Shown: piece by piece, positions 9,562 through 20,036 of the stretch
Layout: each line of letters starts with the position of its first letter
How positions within the stretch are numbered: position 1 is the stretch's first letter
Origin: a virus
Lineage: Duplodnaviria > Caudoviricetes
Length of the DNA stretch: 64,000 nucleotides
IMG/VR virus record: IMGVR_UViG_2609460070_000002
Coordinates: 4,587 to 68,586 of that record
Direction: 5' to 3' (one strand)
Position numbers and translations under genes: made by a program
The notes under the pieces: model-generated
Seen by the model: the letters and a program-made list of their open reading frames with translations, nothing else
Told to the model about the DNA's origin: nothing
Databases searched by the model: none

Positions 9562-10221
9562 TCACGTTCCAGGGTTTGGAGGCGCTTCCGGCCCCGGTGG
9601 TGTGGTTGGGTGCGTGTGGCTCTGAAGCGTCACGGCATCACCCGTTCCGAAGCCTGCCGTGATCGAACCGGTCACCGTGAGATTCCCCGTAATCGCGATC
9701 GATCCGGACTTCATCTCGATCACGTTCCCATTCTTGTCGACCAGCTTCATGCCTGTCGTGGTGAACTGGACATATTGATCTGGGTTGGCCGGGTTGAGCA
9801 TCGCGCCGTGGTAAACACCATCGGCAAGATCATGGGTTCGAAACGAGCCGGGGTTGGACTGTGTGCCCTGATTGGATTTAAGCGATGATGTGTCCCGATC
9901 GCTGATGACGATATGCCCGACGTCACCGACCAGAGGGTCATTGATTATCGCGTTACCGCCGCCCTGATTTCGGGTGCACGGAATGCTATAGATGATGCCG
10001 TGCGGAGTCTGATTGCCTTGGCCATCGATCTGATTGATCAGCGGCTGCACATCAACTGTTGGGGCTGCCCCTACCCCACCGCCATGGACAGCGATGATCT
10101 TGACCGGAACCGATGTTCTGACTTGGCCAAGAACTTGGCGGATATGGAAGTCGCGGGCGTTGTAGTCAGAAGAATCGTCAAACGTGCCCTGCTGGCCAAA
10201 GAACTTCTCTGGAGCGGCCAT
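9562..10221 (-). CDS. Baseplate central spike (Gp138/gpV-like)
   Basis: VDVQPL..P.VGDVG....DRD..R.HDL.D; C-terminal H-T-H metal-binding tip. Confidence 0.85.
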   Translation of the reverse strand: MAAPEKFFGQQGTFDDSSDYNARDFHIRQVLGQVRTSVPVKIIAVHGGGVGAAPTVDVQPLINQIDGQGNQTPHGIIYSIPCTRNQGGGNAIINDPLVGDVGHIVISDRDTSSLKSNQGTQSNPGSFRTHDLADGVYHGAMLNPANPDQYVQFTTTGMKLVDKNGNVIEMKSGSIAITGNLTVTGSITAGFGTGDAVTLQSHTHPTTPPGPEAPPNPGT

Positions 10222-10222
10222 A

Positions 10223-11083
10223 TTATTGGGTTCCCGTCGCGATTAGTTCGAGGAGTTGGAACCACTTTCCCCCAGGGGTTTGGGATTCCAGTTCATAAAA
10301 AATGCTCTTGACCTGCCATTTCCCGTTGGCGGGCGTCAGATCGGATTTCACCTCGACCAAGGAGAGTTGCTTGACCGCCGGATTGAAGAGACAGCGGACG
10401 ATGACGATGTTTTGGTTGAACATCGGATAGCCGACCATGCCGGTCTCAGGAGAGATCAAGATTGCGTCTCCCTGCCGCGGTTGCCCGCGCGGGGAAATGA
10501 CCATCTTGTTCGGTTCGAAGATCAGATCGAAGTTTGCATGACGAGCGATCGCCATGGCCTGGGTCCAAGCTGTCCCGCCGAAGTACGGGTTCGATAGTTT
10601 GACGTTGACGCCATTGTTCTCGAAGGCAAAGCCCATCTGCTTCGCCAGGTTCCCCATCATGCCGGCGGCGTCCGCAGATCCCTTGATGCTGAGCGCTGGG
10701 ACGGGCTTGACGGCTTGGAATGGTCCAGGTGAAGCCTCGACGCGAAACGCTACCTGCGGCATGCTCTGAGCATCTACGAAGGCCGAGAAGATTGTGCCAC
10801 CGAAGACAAGCGTCATGCCCGTTTCGTCATCTCCCGCTTCGACTGCGATATTGTTGAAATACCGGGCATTCGCCTGTGTCCCGACCGTCGATAGCTGGTT
10901 CATCATCGATAAAGGCAGACCATAGACCGCAAGGCGCATGGTGTTGCTGGAAATGCCTCCGGTAGCATCGATGTTGGCGGAAGCTCTCAAGCCTGTGACT
11001 GTGGCTGTGTTGTTTTTGCCACTTCCGAAACTTCCGTTGGCCAGATTGAACTGGATCGTCAGTTTTTTCTCGGTAAACGACAT
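10223..11083 (-). CDS. Baseplate hub protein
   Basis: ISPETGMVGYP..CLFNP..V.S..NGKW motifs; synteny. Confidence 0.8.
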   Translation of the reverse strand: MSFTEKKLTIQFNLANGSFGSGKNNTATVTGLRASANIDATGGISSNTMRLAVYGLPLSMMNQLSTVGTQANARYFNNIAVEAGDDETGMTLVFGGTIFSAFVDAQSMPQVAFRVEASPGPFQAVKPVPALSIKGSADAAGMMGNLAKQMGFAFENNGVNVKLSNPYFGGTAWTQAMAIARHANFDLIFEPNKMVISPRGQPRQGDAILISPETGMVGYPMFNQNIVIVRCLFNPAVKQLSLVEVKSDLTPANGKWQVKSIFYELESQTPGGKWFQLLELIATGTQ

Positions 11084-11138
11084 TTCCGTTCGGTTCCCGC
11101 ATCTTGTCTAAAGCGCGATGTGAGCGCATGTTTCTGTT

Positions 11139-11540
11139 ATGTTCATCGCGCCCCTAGTCATAGCCGTCATTCTCTTCATCGCGTTCCCGCGCCTGACGAG
11201 GTTTATCTTGGGCCTGCTGGTGTTTGGGGCTCTCTTTGTCGTCGCGTCGTGCATCGATCACGCCCGGGCTCAAGGCATGAACACCGAAGATCATGAAACG
11301 CTGATCAGGTATGCGGGCTACTTCTCGAGCTGCGCCAAAGGCAACGCCTTCAATGAGCGGGATAAGATCCACGAACTCAAGATGCTGGGTGGCAACGCCG
11401 AGGCCACGCTTATCCTTGTCTGCAAACCGGCTTCGTCTGGATACCTTTATTGGTGCCAGAAGACTGGCAGAGACGAAACGAGTTGCTACGGCGACCTTGG
11501 GTTTATGGCGACTGACGTTCTGCGGCAGACCGGCAACTAA
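11139..11540 (+). CDS. Membrane-anchored or lipoprotein moron, unknown function
   Basis: Hydrophobic N-terminus, VASC lipobox-like site, 4 further Cys; antisense inside baseplate operon. Confidence 0.6.
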   Translation: MFIAPLVIAVILFIAFPRLTRFILGLLVFGALFVVASCIDHARAQGMNTEDHETLIRYAGYFSSCAKGNAFNERDKIHELKMLGGNAEATLILVCKPASSGYLYWCQKTGRDETSCYGDLGFMATDVLRQTGN

Positions 11541-11845
11541 GTTGCCGCTAGTTCCTCGGCGGTGAGGTAGGTCAGAAAGAACCGAGTTCCCAAACCGGTA
11601 TAGACAGGATCGTCACTTCCTTGAGTGTCGATAAAGGCCATGTCGCCAGAGAAGCCCAGATAGTCCGAGCGGACAATACGATTCTGGTTCTCGCAGATCA
11701 CGCCGCCGATGATCAGCACGTTCTCAACCAAGACGTCGATGAACAATCCGTTGTAGGTCTGGTAGACGTTCAATTGTGTGACCTGATCGTTCAGTGTGAC
11801 AGTCAAGGTCTGGTTCGGTATCGCCTGTAGCGGGATGATCAGCAT
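11537..11845 (-). CDS. Baseplate plug-like protein
   Basis: IPLQAIPNQ..GF.GD..F.DTQG..DP.Y.GLG.RF.L.Y. Confidence 0.75.
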   Translation of the reverse strand: MLIIPLQAIPNQTLTVTLNDQVTQLNVYQTYNGLFIDVLVENVLIIGGVICENQNRIVRSDYLGFSGDMAFIDTQGSDDPVYTGLGTRFFLTYLTAEELAAT

Positions 11846-11850
11846 GTGCC

Positions 11851-12492
11851 CTACCCTGCCAATCGGCCACCAGAGGACCGTATAGCTCCAGCCTGCGCTG
11901 CTTGAGCCGAAGTAGCCGTCGCTGTCTGAACCGTGCCACCATTCACCTGTGTGGCCGCCGTTGGGCTCGCAGTGTTCGACATCACTTGTGCTGCTGTTTC
12001 CCGAACTTCTTCCGTCCAGACATCCACCGAAAGCAGCCCGACGCCGTTGGTGGCTGTCTGGCTATAGTCGTAGTGGTTGATGTTCACGCTGGCGTAGATC
12101 GCGATCGGCGTCACGATGGTATAGAAATTCAGATCACCAGCAATCGCGGCGATGGAGGACAACAAGGCCTGCTTGTTCGCTTCCGATCCGCCGGCGGTAA
12201 ACCGAAATCTACCGTCGAATGGGATCTGTACTTTGTTGTAACTGCCAAATGCCCCTTTTTCGACCGGGTAGTCTGAAATTGCCCATTGCTGCCGATAGTC
12301 GAAGCTCACCACGTTGTCGGCCAAGACGACGGGAGATCCGCCGAGATATATGCCCCATGGCTGTTGCTGAAATCCGCCCATGAACAGTGACGCGGCGTCT
12401 TGCGTGAGCAGCGATATGACCTGGCCAACACTGCTGGCAAACAGGACAGATGGCACCCCCGGAACATTCGGAACATTGACCGGGAATGCCAT
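11851..12492 (-). CDS. Tail tube initiator/Dit-like baseplate protein
   Basis: ISDYPVEKGAF.SYNKV..P motif downstream of TMP. Confidence 0.75.
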   Translation of the reverse strand: MAFPVNVPNVPGVPSVLFASSVGQVISLLTQDAASLFMGGFQQQPWGIYLGGSPVVLADNVVSFDYRQQWAISDYPVEKGAFGSYNKVQIPFDGRFRFTAGGSEANKQALLSSIAAIAGDLNFYTIVTPIAIYASVNINHYDYSQTATNGVGLLSVDVWTEEVRETAAQVMSNTASPTAATQVNGGTVQTATATSAQAAQAGAIRSSGGRLAG

Positions 12493-14678
12493 TAGCGAGG
12501 TCCATAGTTTGCTGTTGCGGCGACTGTCGAGCGATAGAGAGCGTCGGTTGCCCGGTCAGCAATGCCTTGAGCATCTTTTGCCTGAGGAGCATTGATGTTC
12601 ATGTTGCCGATGCTGACGTTGTGCGATGACGTGCTGCTGGTCGACCGGTTGTCATTCGAGATGCTGGACAGCGATGCGGATACGCCAGAACCGGTCGGCA
12701 CATTCACATCTGCTGGCTGATAGCCACGAAGATAACTGGCAGCCTGCGCCGATCTTCCTCTCTGGATTGGCCCCCTATAGCCTTCGAATCGCTTGCCGAT
12801 AGCATCTGCCTGCGAAAGATCGCCTTGCCTCTTCCAATTGGGGATCATTTCTTCTGCTTCTTTGGCAAAATAATCGACCTGCGTATCGAAATCTTTCCAG
12901 TCATTGCCTCGCAATTTTGAAAACTGCTTCAGACGGGCCAGACGACTTCTATTCCACTGGAATAGTCCCCAAGAACCGCCAGGGACTTGGGGGTCTCCCA
13001 TTGTCCCTGACCGAAATCCTGATTCCGCATGGGCATTCCCAGCGGCGATAGCTGCCGCTGCCGGTGACCACCCATGTTGGGTGACCAGCCGGTCCATTAG
13101 GCGCTTGGCTGACCCGGTTACCTTTCCAGATGGAGACCCATTTGGGAGACCAGAATCATCTACATCAAGCGCGTTAGAACGGCCCCCCTGCGGGGTAGAG
13201 GCATTCGCCGTACCGACGCCAAATAAAGAGCGTGCGGCACTGCCAATTGCGTTCCCTACACTCTCCAAGAACCCGCCGCTGGAAGACTGCTGCTGAACAG
13301 CGACAGGTAATGGATTGCTTTTCGAAACTGGACGGCCATCAATCTTGGTATCGCCATTTAGGAACGCATCGAGCGCACCATCTCGGCCATTGCCGAGAGT
13401 GGTTGCGCCAAGAGCCGAGTTGTTCTGCAATGCGTCGGCATGGCCGCTAGCATCCGAAGGTTTTCGGCCGAATAACATATCCCACAACGACCGATCAGAT
13501 TTCTTGACTGTCTTCATATCTGGCGCGGGAGCTGTGTCTGTGAGCATGTAGGCTGCTCCGGCGATACCGAGCATCCGCGCTAGGGATGCAGACCCAGCGC
13601 CCGCTGCTGCCCCACCGGCAGAGCCACCCCCCACCGTCGCAGCGAGAAGACGGGCATTGGCGAGCACCTGAAGGAACTTCGCCCCGACCCAGAGACCGAA
13701 TAGAACCTCAACGGCAGTCGTCACCCCTCCGATCGCATCAGCGACATGCGCTGCCTCTGAACTGAACTCCTTGAGGCCTTGGCCGATAGCGTTCCAATCG
13801 ACGCTCTTCAGATACTCGGCGAATTTCTTGATCGCGTCGACAATGCCGCTCTTGATCCAGTCTTGGTTCTGATCGACCCACGCCGTCATCTGCGTGAGCA
13901 GCTTGGCGATCTCGGGGCCGAGGGTGTTTAGAATGGTGTTCGCCAGCGACACGGCGGTCTGCTGAAGCGTGTTCCATTTGTCCTGGAGCTCTTGAGCCGC
14001 CTTGATCGCGTCGTTCGATGGCGACAGCTTCTTGATCTGATCGATGTAGGAGCCGATTGCGGCGCCGTATTTTACCATGACGTTGGCGGTGCCGTCATCA
14101 ATGCCCATGCCTTGGGCGATGAAATGCACCTGAGACGGATCGATCTGGTTCAACCGCTGGATCGCGGCTGAGGTATCCTGAAGGAACTTGTCTACGCCGT
14201 GATCACGGTCGATATTCAGACCGGTCAGAGCCTGGAGCTGCGAGTATTCCTTCGGAAGGGCCTGACCATTGCGATGCAGATCATAGAGCGCCTTGCCGAT
14301 GCGCTCGAAAGTGGCCGCCGTGGCTTCGGATGAACCGCCTACGCGCTCCGCAGCAGCGCCCCAAGCATAGAGCGTCTGTGGAGACGTGTTCAGGTTGCGC
14401 GAAAACCGGCCGAGAGCAGCATCGGCGCCAATCAGATCAGCAACGAACTCCTTGATGCCACGAGCGCCGACAAAGACGGCATAGAGACCGAGGACTTCGC
14501 GCGTGACCTTGCTGATGCTGTCAGCGGCCTTCTTGCTCGATTCCTCAATGGACTTTCCGCCCTTAACCACTTCATCAGTGGTCTTTTTCGAGGTGTCGCC
14601 AATCTCCTTGGCACCCTTTTTATAGTCAGAAGGGTCTAATTTTAGCGCCACAATGAGGCTGTCTATGATCGTACCCAA
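12492..14678 (-). CDS. Tape measure protein with C-terminal phage tail lysozyme domain
   Basis: IIDSLIV.L.LD start, helical body, GN..AESG..GLFQW...R lysozyme motif. Confidence 0.88.
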   Translation of the reverse strand: MGTIIDSLIVALKLDPSDYKKGAKEIGDTSKKTTDEVVKGGKSIEESSKKAADSISKVTREVLGLYAVFVGARGIKEFVADLIGADAALGRFSRNLNTSPQTLYAWGAAAERVGGSSEATAATFERIGKALYDLHRNGQALPKEYSQLQALTGLNIDRDHGVDKFLQDTSAAIQRLNQIDPSQVHFIAQGMGIDDGTANVMVKYGAAIGSYIDQIKKLSPSNDAIKAAQELQDKWNTLQQTAVSLANTILNTLGPEIAKLLTQMTAWVDQNQDWIKSGIVDAIKKFAEYLKSVDWNAIGQGLKEFSSEAAHVADAIGGVTTAVEVLFGLWVGAKFLQVLANARLLAATVGGGSAGGAAAGAGSASLARMLGIAGAAYMLTDTAPAPDMKTVKKSDRSLWDMLFGRKPSDASGHADALQNNSALGATTLGNGRDGALDAFLNGDTKIDGRPVSKSNPLPVAVQQQSSSGGFLESVGNAIGSAARSLFGVGTANASTPQGGRSNALDVDDSGLPNGSPSGKVTGSAKRLMDRLVTQHGWSPAAAAIAAGNAHAESGFRSGTMGDPQVPGGSWGLFQWNRSRLARLKQFSKLRGNDWKDFDTQVDYFAKEAEEMIPNWKRQGDLSQADAIGKRFEGYRGPIQRGRSAQAASYLRGYQPADVNVPTGSGVSASLSSISNDNRSTSSTSSHNVSIGNMNINAPQAKDAQGIADRATDALYRSTVAATANYGPR

Positions 14679-14681
14679 GGA

Positions 14682-15301
14682 TCAGCCTCCTTTATTCTTC
14701 TGGTGCTCATGGATTAGGCGGGTGTTGTGGCCGTCAACCGTGGCCACTTCGATGATGTCGTAGACGTCTTCGACCGAGAGATATTCGTCCATATCCCTCA
14801 GCGCTGTTGTTTTGCTCGGGGAGAGCGAGAGAACCGTACCGATGGATCTTGGGAGGTTGGGGTATTCGAGGAGTTCAATGCCGAGGCGCCCGAGGTTGAC
14901 GTCGATGGGCTGGCGGCCTGAGAAAAACCCAGATGGAGATTCAGCACCTCCTTACGGAGCTGAAACAGGGTTTTGACTTCCTCGATGTCGTCTTCCATCA
15001 AAAGCCGAACGATGGCCGGGTTTTCTGGATTTGGCTTGATGCTGATGCATTCCAGCATCTCATCCAGAAGCGGCTCGGCGTCTTCGAAGTGAAGCTTCGT
15101 CAATGCTTCCAGACCGAGGATAGCGAGCGCCTGCATACCGCCGGCACCAACTTGCCCGATGTCGACACCGGATTTAGCCACGGCGAGAAATGCGCGCGTA
15201 GCCCACTTCTCGGCCCGAAGAGCCGGCATCTCCCGGATATGGTAGGTCTTCCCCATATCACGGCCTGTCTCCGTGATCGTGATATCGATTTCCTTACGCA
15301 C
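14682..15301 (-). CDS. Tail assembly chaperone G/GT with predicted -1 frameshift
   Basis: ORF 14798..15301; G GGT TTT at 14930-14924; -1 frame reads EYPNLPRSIGTV..SVEDVYDIIEV..VD.HN to a stop at 14682. Confidence 0.8.
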
Positions 15302-15312
15302 GGCTCACCTCC

Positions 15313-15744
15313 TTAAGCCGGGACTGCAAAGCAGCTTTCCCAGCGGACCATGTATCGGCGAGCCTGAAGAATGCGACCAGCGGCCGGAGCCGGCGGAAGA
15401 CTGATCAGGAACCCCTTGGTCAACACATAGGATCGACCAACAGAGGTGAGCGTCGTCTCGCCATTGGCGATCAGCACGTCCTTGATCTGCTTTTGCGTGG
15501 CCGCCCAGGTCTCGAAAATCGTATTCGAGTTGGAGTCGGCCTGCAGATCGAATGTCTGCTCCACCGGGTTGAAGACGAAACCGCCGGAGAGGATGCCATC
15601 GACGCCCATGGCGGTCTGGACGACTTCCTGAACCGCCATGTCATAGATGTTGTCAGCCGAGAAGCCTTGAAGCTGCTGGGGCGTGTTGAACAACCCCGGA
15701 ATGGTAAGCGTAATGATCGCGTTTGCCGAGGTGATGCTCGCCAT
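15313..15744 (-). CDS. Tail tube protein
   Basis: SITSANA..LQGFSAD..MGVDG.LSGG..LQADS.S; lies between sheath and chaperone. Confidence 0.82.
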   Translation of the reverse strand: MASITSANAIITLTIPGLFNTPQQLQGFSADNIYDMAVQEVVQTAMGVDGILSGGFVFNPVEQTFDLQADSNSNTIFETWAATQKQIKDVLIANGETTLTSVGRSYVLTKGFLISLPPAPAAGRILQARRYMVRWESCFAVPA

Positions 15745-15758
15745 GACGGTCTCCTAAG

Positions 15759-16466
15759 TTAGAGCGCAACCAGCATGTCAGGCCAATATCGATTTGATTT
15801 CGACTGGTTCTGTGCAGCGGTCAGGATTTGCAGATTGGTGTGGACATGCAGCCCGCAGACCCATTTGGATTTCAGCGGGACGATATGGTCGACTTGGTGT
15901 TGAATGTCGGTTTCCAGCGTTAGGCGCACAGCTTCCGCATAAAACCATTCGATCTTTTCGCGGTCAGCCCAAGAAGGCGTTGCAAGAAGTTTTGCGGCTT
16001 CACGACGTCTTTTCTTTTCATTGACCTTGTGTCGATTTCTACGCCGCCACTGCCGCTCAGATTCACGGATCTGCTTTGCATTTTTCTCTCGGCTGCGCTC
16101 GACATACCCCCGAACTTTATCCGGGTTGTTCTTTCGCCATAGATCGCCGGCGGCCTTCAGTTCTTCCTTGTGGGCAGCCTGATATGCGGCAACATCCGCC
16201 CTATCTTTTTCAGCATTGGCTAGTCGCCAAACAGCGCGTGTGGCCTTGGCCTTCGCTTTATTGGCGGTATACCATTCCTTCGAACTTTCACTGCATGCCT
16301 CAGCGTTGTCAGCGGCCCATTTTCGGCATCGCTCCCGCTTGCATTCTACGCAATCTGAGCGCGCCGTTGTTCTCTCGCAGACGTGGTCATTCTTGCAAGG
16401 AACGCCCGTAAAATAAAACCGAAGCCCGAGATTTCGAGCTTCGGCCCTACTGATAATCGTCGGCAC
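15759..16466 (-). CDS. HNH endonuclease inserted between sheath and tube
   Basis: VDHIVPL....CGLHV..NLQIL...N..KSN; N-terminal YFTG.PC..H Zn motif. Confidence 0.9.
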   Translation of the reverse strand: MPTIISRAEARNLGLRFYFTGVPCKNDHVCERTTARSDCVECKRERCRKWAADNAEACSESSKEWYTANKAKAKATRAVWRLANAEKDRADVAAYQAAHKEELKAAGDLWRKNNPDKVRGYVERSREKNAKQIRESERQWRRRNRHKVNEKKRRREAAKLLATPSWADREKIEWFYAEAVRLTLETDIQHQVDHIVPLKSKWVCGLHVHTNLQILTAAQNQSKSNRYWPDMLVAL

Positions 16467-18404
16467 TTACTGGACCAGAATACTAGCCAACTCAATACGT
16501 TGGACCGATTGTCCGTCCATATAATATAAGGTCATCGGCGGGCTCTGACGGGCCTGACGCACCTGTGGGGTGGCGTCCTGCACTTGCAGATACCAGCCCT
16601 GAAGCTGAAGGACGTCGCTGATCTTGGTGCCGGCCGAGGAATTGACTTCCGCGATCTGCGCGTTGGAAAGCGTGACGCCGGTACGGATGGCTCCGAAATT
16701 CAGAGCCGCATTGATCGGATCGGCGCAAGCCGCCTTGATCAAGGCATAACCAGCCGTGTTGTACGGGATGGAGTTCACGTTCACCAGGAGCTCCATCAAT
16801 GCCAATTGCAGGGCATTGTTGAGCCAGATCTGGTTGACGTAGCTGTCCAGCCACTGGAACGAGCCAGACACGCTGCCGGTCTGGAACTCGAGGAACTGCT
16901 GGTTCGCCGTCGCATAGGCGCCGTAGAAATTATAGCCGTTGGCGATGAGGTTATTGGCAACCGTCGCCGTGGTGACGTCAGCCACCAAGCCATCCTGGCC
17001 ACGGAAAGCGAAGGTAATGCGGCCATTGGTGGCGTCGAAGTCGATCGAAGCCGCCGTACCGCAGACGAAAGCAGCCTTGTCGTTCGGGCCCCATACCGCC
17101 GCAGTGCCGTTGAGATTGGCCGCATCGATGATGTTGCTGAAGCTCGAGGTGGCATCATTGCTTTCGGTCGGGGTGATGTCCTGATCCCAAGCCACGTAGC
17201 ACCAGCGCTTGTTCTGATCATTGGTCCATTCGGCAAAGGCCTGCTTCTGGACGCTGCCAGAACCATCATCCGGATCAAAGATCGTCATGAAGGTCGCCCA
17301 GTTCTGGGTGATCTGGGTGATATTGGTCATGAAGGCCGCCGGGACAGCCGCCGACGCGCCTTGAGAGATGGTTGCGCCAGTCGCCTGAGTAAGGAAGATC
17401 GGAGCAGCAAGCGTACCGGTCGCGAAGGCAATGGTCGAAGACGAGCCACGGACACCAGACGTGATGACGAACCCACCGGAGACGGAGTCATAGCTGACAT
17501 CCAGTGCAGATCCGGTGGCGTTCAGCGTGCCGCTTACCACGGTCTGTGTGGTCTGAACGAAATAGGTTCCCGCAAGGCCAATGCCCGTCCCGAGACCCGT
17601 AATCATCGTTCCTGCCGCTGTGGTGCCACCAGAGAGGGTTTGGCCGACAGAAAGCGTCCCGGAAGCCACAGCAGTGACAGTCAGTGTGCCATAGGAAGCC
17701 GTGACGGTCTCGCTGACCACGACCTGCGTCTTCGAAACGGCATAGCTGCCAATGCCGCCCGTGGTCCCATCAATCTGGGAGTCAATCTGCGTTCCGGCCG
17801 TGACACCAGTGCCAGCGATGATTGCGCCCGGGACCAGCGTTCCAGACGATACGGCGGTGACATACATCACGTTGCCGGCGATAGAAGCCGTAACCGAGGC
17901 CGTGCCTGCGGCGATGGATCCGGTGAAGGTCGCTGCGGCTGGAAGGCTGGCATTGAGGCCGGTCTTGATCAGTGCAGCGGCGGCGGAATAGCTCGTGGCC
18001 GAGGCGAGATTGATGGATGCTGCGCTGAAGGGATAACCGTCAACGACGATCGCCAAGGAACCGCTCAAACCCTGTAGCTGAGGAATGGTCAGCCCGTTGA
18101 CCGCGCCACCACGAAGGTAAGCCGCGACCGCCGCCGAGTTGTATTGCGTGAATAGGATCGTGCTCGGCTTCTGTGTCGAATTGTTGAAGCCGTTGAAATA
18201 GACGTTCGCGATCTCAACTTCTGCGGCCGAGGGGCCGAAATAGTCAGAGACAGAGACGCCATCGTTGGGGAACGAAAGCACCTGACCGACAGGAACGCGG
18301 GTGTTCTGGGTCAGGATCAGTCCGTTAAGGACAAGCGCGCTTCCACCGGCACTGAGCACGTTCGGAATCACGTTCACAAGCTGCGAGGCTGGAATCGTCG
18401 TCAT
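16467..18404 (-). CDS. Tail sheath protein (DUF3383) with inserted modules
   Basis: IPASQLV.V.P.VL, ASIDF....GRIT.AF, G.NFYG.Y, W.D.Y.NQIWL. Confidence 0.9.
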   Translation of the reverse strand: MTTIPASQLVNVIPNVLSAGGSALVLNGLILTQNTRVPVGQVLSFPNDGVSVSDYFGPSAAEVEIANVYFNGFNNSTQKPSTILFTQYNSAAVAAYLRGGAVNGLTIPQLQGLSGSLAIVVDGYPFSAASINLASATSYSAAAALIKTGLNASLPAAATFTGSIAAGTASVTASIAGNVMYVTAVSSGTLVPGAIIAGTGVTAGTQIDSQIDGTTGGIGSYAVSKTQVVVSETVTASYGTLTVTAVASGTLSVGQTLSGGTTAAGTMITGLGTGIGLAGTYFVQTTQTVVSGTLNATGSALDVSYDSVSGGFVITSGVRGSSSTIAFATGTLAAPIFLTQATGATISQGASAAVPAAFMTNITQITQNWATFMTIFDPDDGSGSVQKQAFAEWTNDQNKRWCYVAWDQDITPTESNDATSSFSNIIDAANLNGTAAVWGPNDKAAFVCGTAASIDFDATNGRITFAFRGQDGLVADVTTATVANNLIANGYNFYGAYATANQQFLEFQTGSVSGSFQWLDSYVNQIWLNNALQLALMELLVNVNSIPYNTAGYALIKAACADPINAALNFGAIRTGVTLSNAQIAEVNSSAGTKISDVLQLQGWYLQVQDATPQVRQARQSPPMTLYYMDGQSVQRIELASILVQ

Positions 18405-18429
18405 ATTGCAATCCTTTAGTGAGGATAGT

Positions 18430-19362
18430 TCAAGCTGGATATTCAGCATCGACATCGATCACATCGACATCGAGTTCATCGGCGAACTGCTGCGGAGCAC
18501 GGATGGTCTGGTTCGATTGCATCACTGCATCGACTACCCACCGGTTTTCGGTTTGTTGGTTCTCATTTTCGAACGGCAACTGGCGTGGATCGGCCGAATA
18601 GAGCGGCGTCACATCAAACCCGGAGGCCTTGAAGGCTTGCACCGCGAAGTCATCACGGAACAAGGTTGAGATGGTCTGAGCATTCTCGGCGCTGTTCGGG
18701 CCATGCACATCCAACTGGACCGTGATCCGAGTAGGCTGAAGGAATATTTGACCACCAGACGCCATCTTGCGGGACGGCACGGTCTGAGACGGCGTAACAG
18801 TGTATGTCCCTACCCCGCCGGTCCCGGAGCCGAGAGCAACCACTTTCGTTAGAGCTGCGGCCCCAATCCCAAAGACGATCTGCCCGACTGCGATCGTCCC
18901 GAACGCTACGGCGGAAACCGTCATGATCTGCCCAGAGATGCTCGCGGTAAACGAGACGTCCTCGTAGGTATCCACGTTCGTTTCGAGACGTGTCTGCATG
19001 AACGGCGTCATGGTCACGAAATCGGGCACAGAAGGCTCAGGAACACGATTGTCTTGGGCCTGAACACATTCCACGCCGGTATACATCTTCGCGCCGGCGA
19101 GCGTCTGTGAGGCGCTGAGCGTGTATGTTCCGACGCCACCCGTGCCGGTCCCGAAGGCCGTAATCATCACGCCTGGAACAACACCTTCCCCTAGGACTGC
19201 GTCTCCGATTGACAGAGCCCCTTGAGTGATTGCTGAGACAGTCAGTGTCGTGCCAGCGATGGCCCCGGTGAACACGGCGTTGCCGCTCGGCAGAACAGCC
19301 AAGATGAACGATCTCAACGCAGTCAGGATATTCGATTGCGTCGGCGATGGGGCGAAACTCAC
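18430..19362 (-). CDS. Neck/tail terminator protein with two inserted modules
   Basis: [33 protein letters not shown]. Confidence 0.75.
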   Translation of the reverse strand: MSFAPSPTQSNILTALRSFILAVLPSGNAVFTGAIAGTTLTVSAITQGALSIGDAVLGEGVVPGVMITAFGTGTGGVGTYTLSASQTLAGAKMYTGVECVQAQDNRVPEPSVPDFVTMTPFMQTRLETNVDTYEDVSFTASISGQIMTVSAVAFGTIAVGQIVFGIGAAALTKVVALGSGTGGVGTYTVTPSQTVPSRKMASGGQIFLQPTRITVQLDVHGPNSAENAQTISTLFRDDFAVQAFKASGFDVTPLYSADPRQLPFENENQQTENRWVVDAVMQSNQTIRAPQQFADELDVDVIDVDAEYPA

Positions 19363-19643
19363 CCTGCGATCCTGTAGTAAGAGACATTCAGAACAGGCGA
19401 TCCGGTCTCTGCGATGAATTGGATTTTCGATAGAGGACCGGAATACTGCAAAGGCTCTCCGGTGTTGGAGAGGTGCATCCCGACAGAAGCTGTGGGAGCC
19501 GCTCCGTCATCCCGCCAGCGAACAGCGGCCGTATCCGCAGCTACAACGGCAAAGTTGGCGCCGGCCGGAACCGTCAATGGAGTAGCCGAGGAAAGACTTG
19601 TGATCTGCTGATAGCCAAGCGCTGCAAACTGTTGGGCGAACAT
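19359..19643 (-). CDS. Small virion-associated protein
   Basis: LGYQQI....LTVP.GA...VRWRDDG.APTA..GM family pattern; coupled to the next gene. Confidence 0.6.
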   Translation of the reverse strand: MFAQQFAALGYQQITSLSSATPLTVPAGANFAVVAADTAAVRWRDDGAAPTASVGMHLSNTGEPLQYSGPLSKIQFIAETGSPVLNVSYYRIAG

Positions 19644-19655
19644 TGGTTTTCCTCG

Positions 19656-20033
19656 TTATGGATTTTGCAGAACGCAGGCACATTTCGACCAATCTGGCCA
19701 TGTCTCAAGCACTTGAACCACGAGCCAATCACCTACATTCGGACCATCGGTCAGAGTGATGATGTCGCCGCCCTTGGTTCGGGTTCTCAGAACGCCTTGG
19801 ATATCGCCGTAGAAGTAGATGCCGCGGGCCGCGCCATTCAGGTTGAGCCCATCGACTTGGTGCAAATCCTTGAAGGTCATCGCCTGGACTTGGGCCATCC
19901 CAGTCACAGTGGCGTATGTCGGTGTGCGCGATCCGTCTGGATTGGTGACGGAACCGGTGCTCACCTGCATCGTGCAAGGAACATGGGGATTAACGGTGCC
20001 TATCGCACCGGAAACAATTCCGTGCAGGTTCAT
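19656..20033 (-). CDS. Head closure/head-tail joining protein
   Basis: MNLHGIV...I..VNP..QVQA..GGD..WLV..VLE.WPDW. Confidence 0.75.
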   Translation of the reverse strand: MNLHGIVSGAIGTVNPHVPCTMQVSTGSVTNPDGSRTPTYATVTGMAQVQAMTFKDLHQVDGLNLNGAARGIYFYGDIQGVLRTRTKGGDIITLTDGPNVGDWLVVQVLETWPDWSKCACVLQNP

Positions 20034-20036
20034 GGC

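Noticed and set aside
16584-18077. 497-aa plus-strand ORF (also 22829..23908, 28775..29692, 50448..51386)
   Set aside because: Antisense shadows of well-supported genes in GC-rich DNA.
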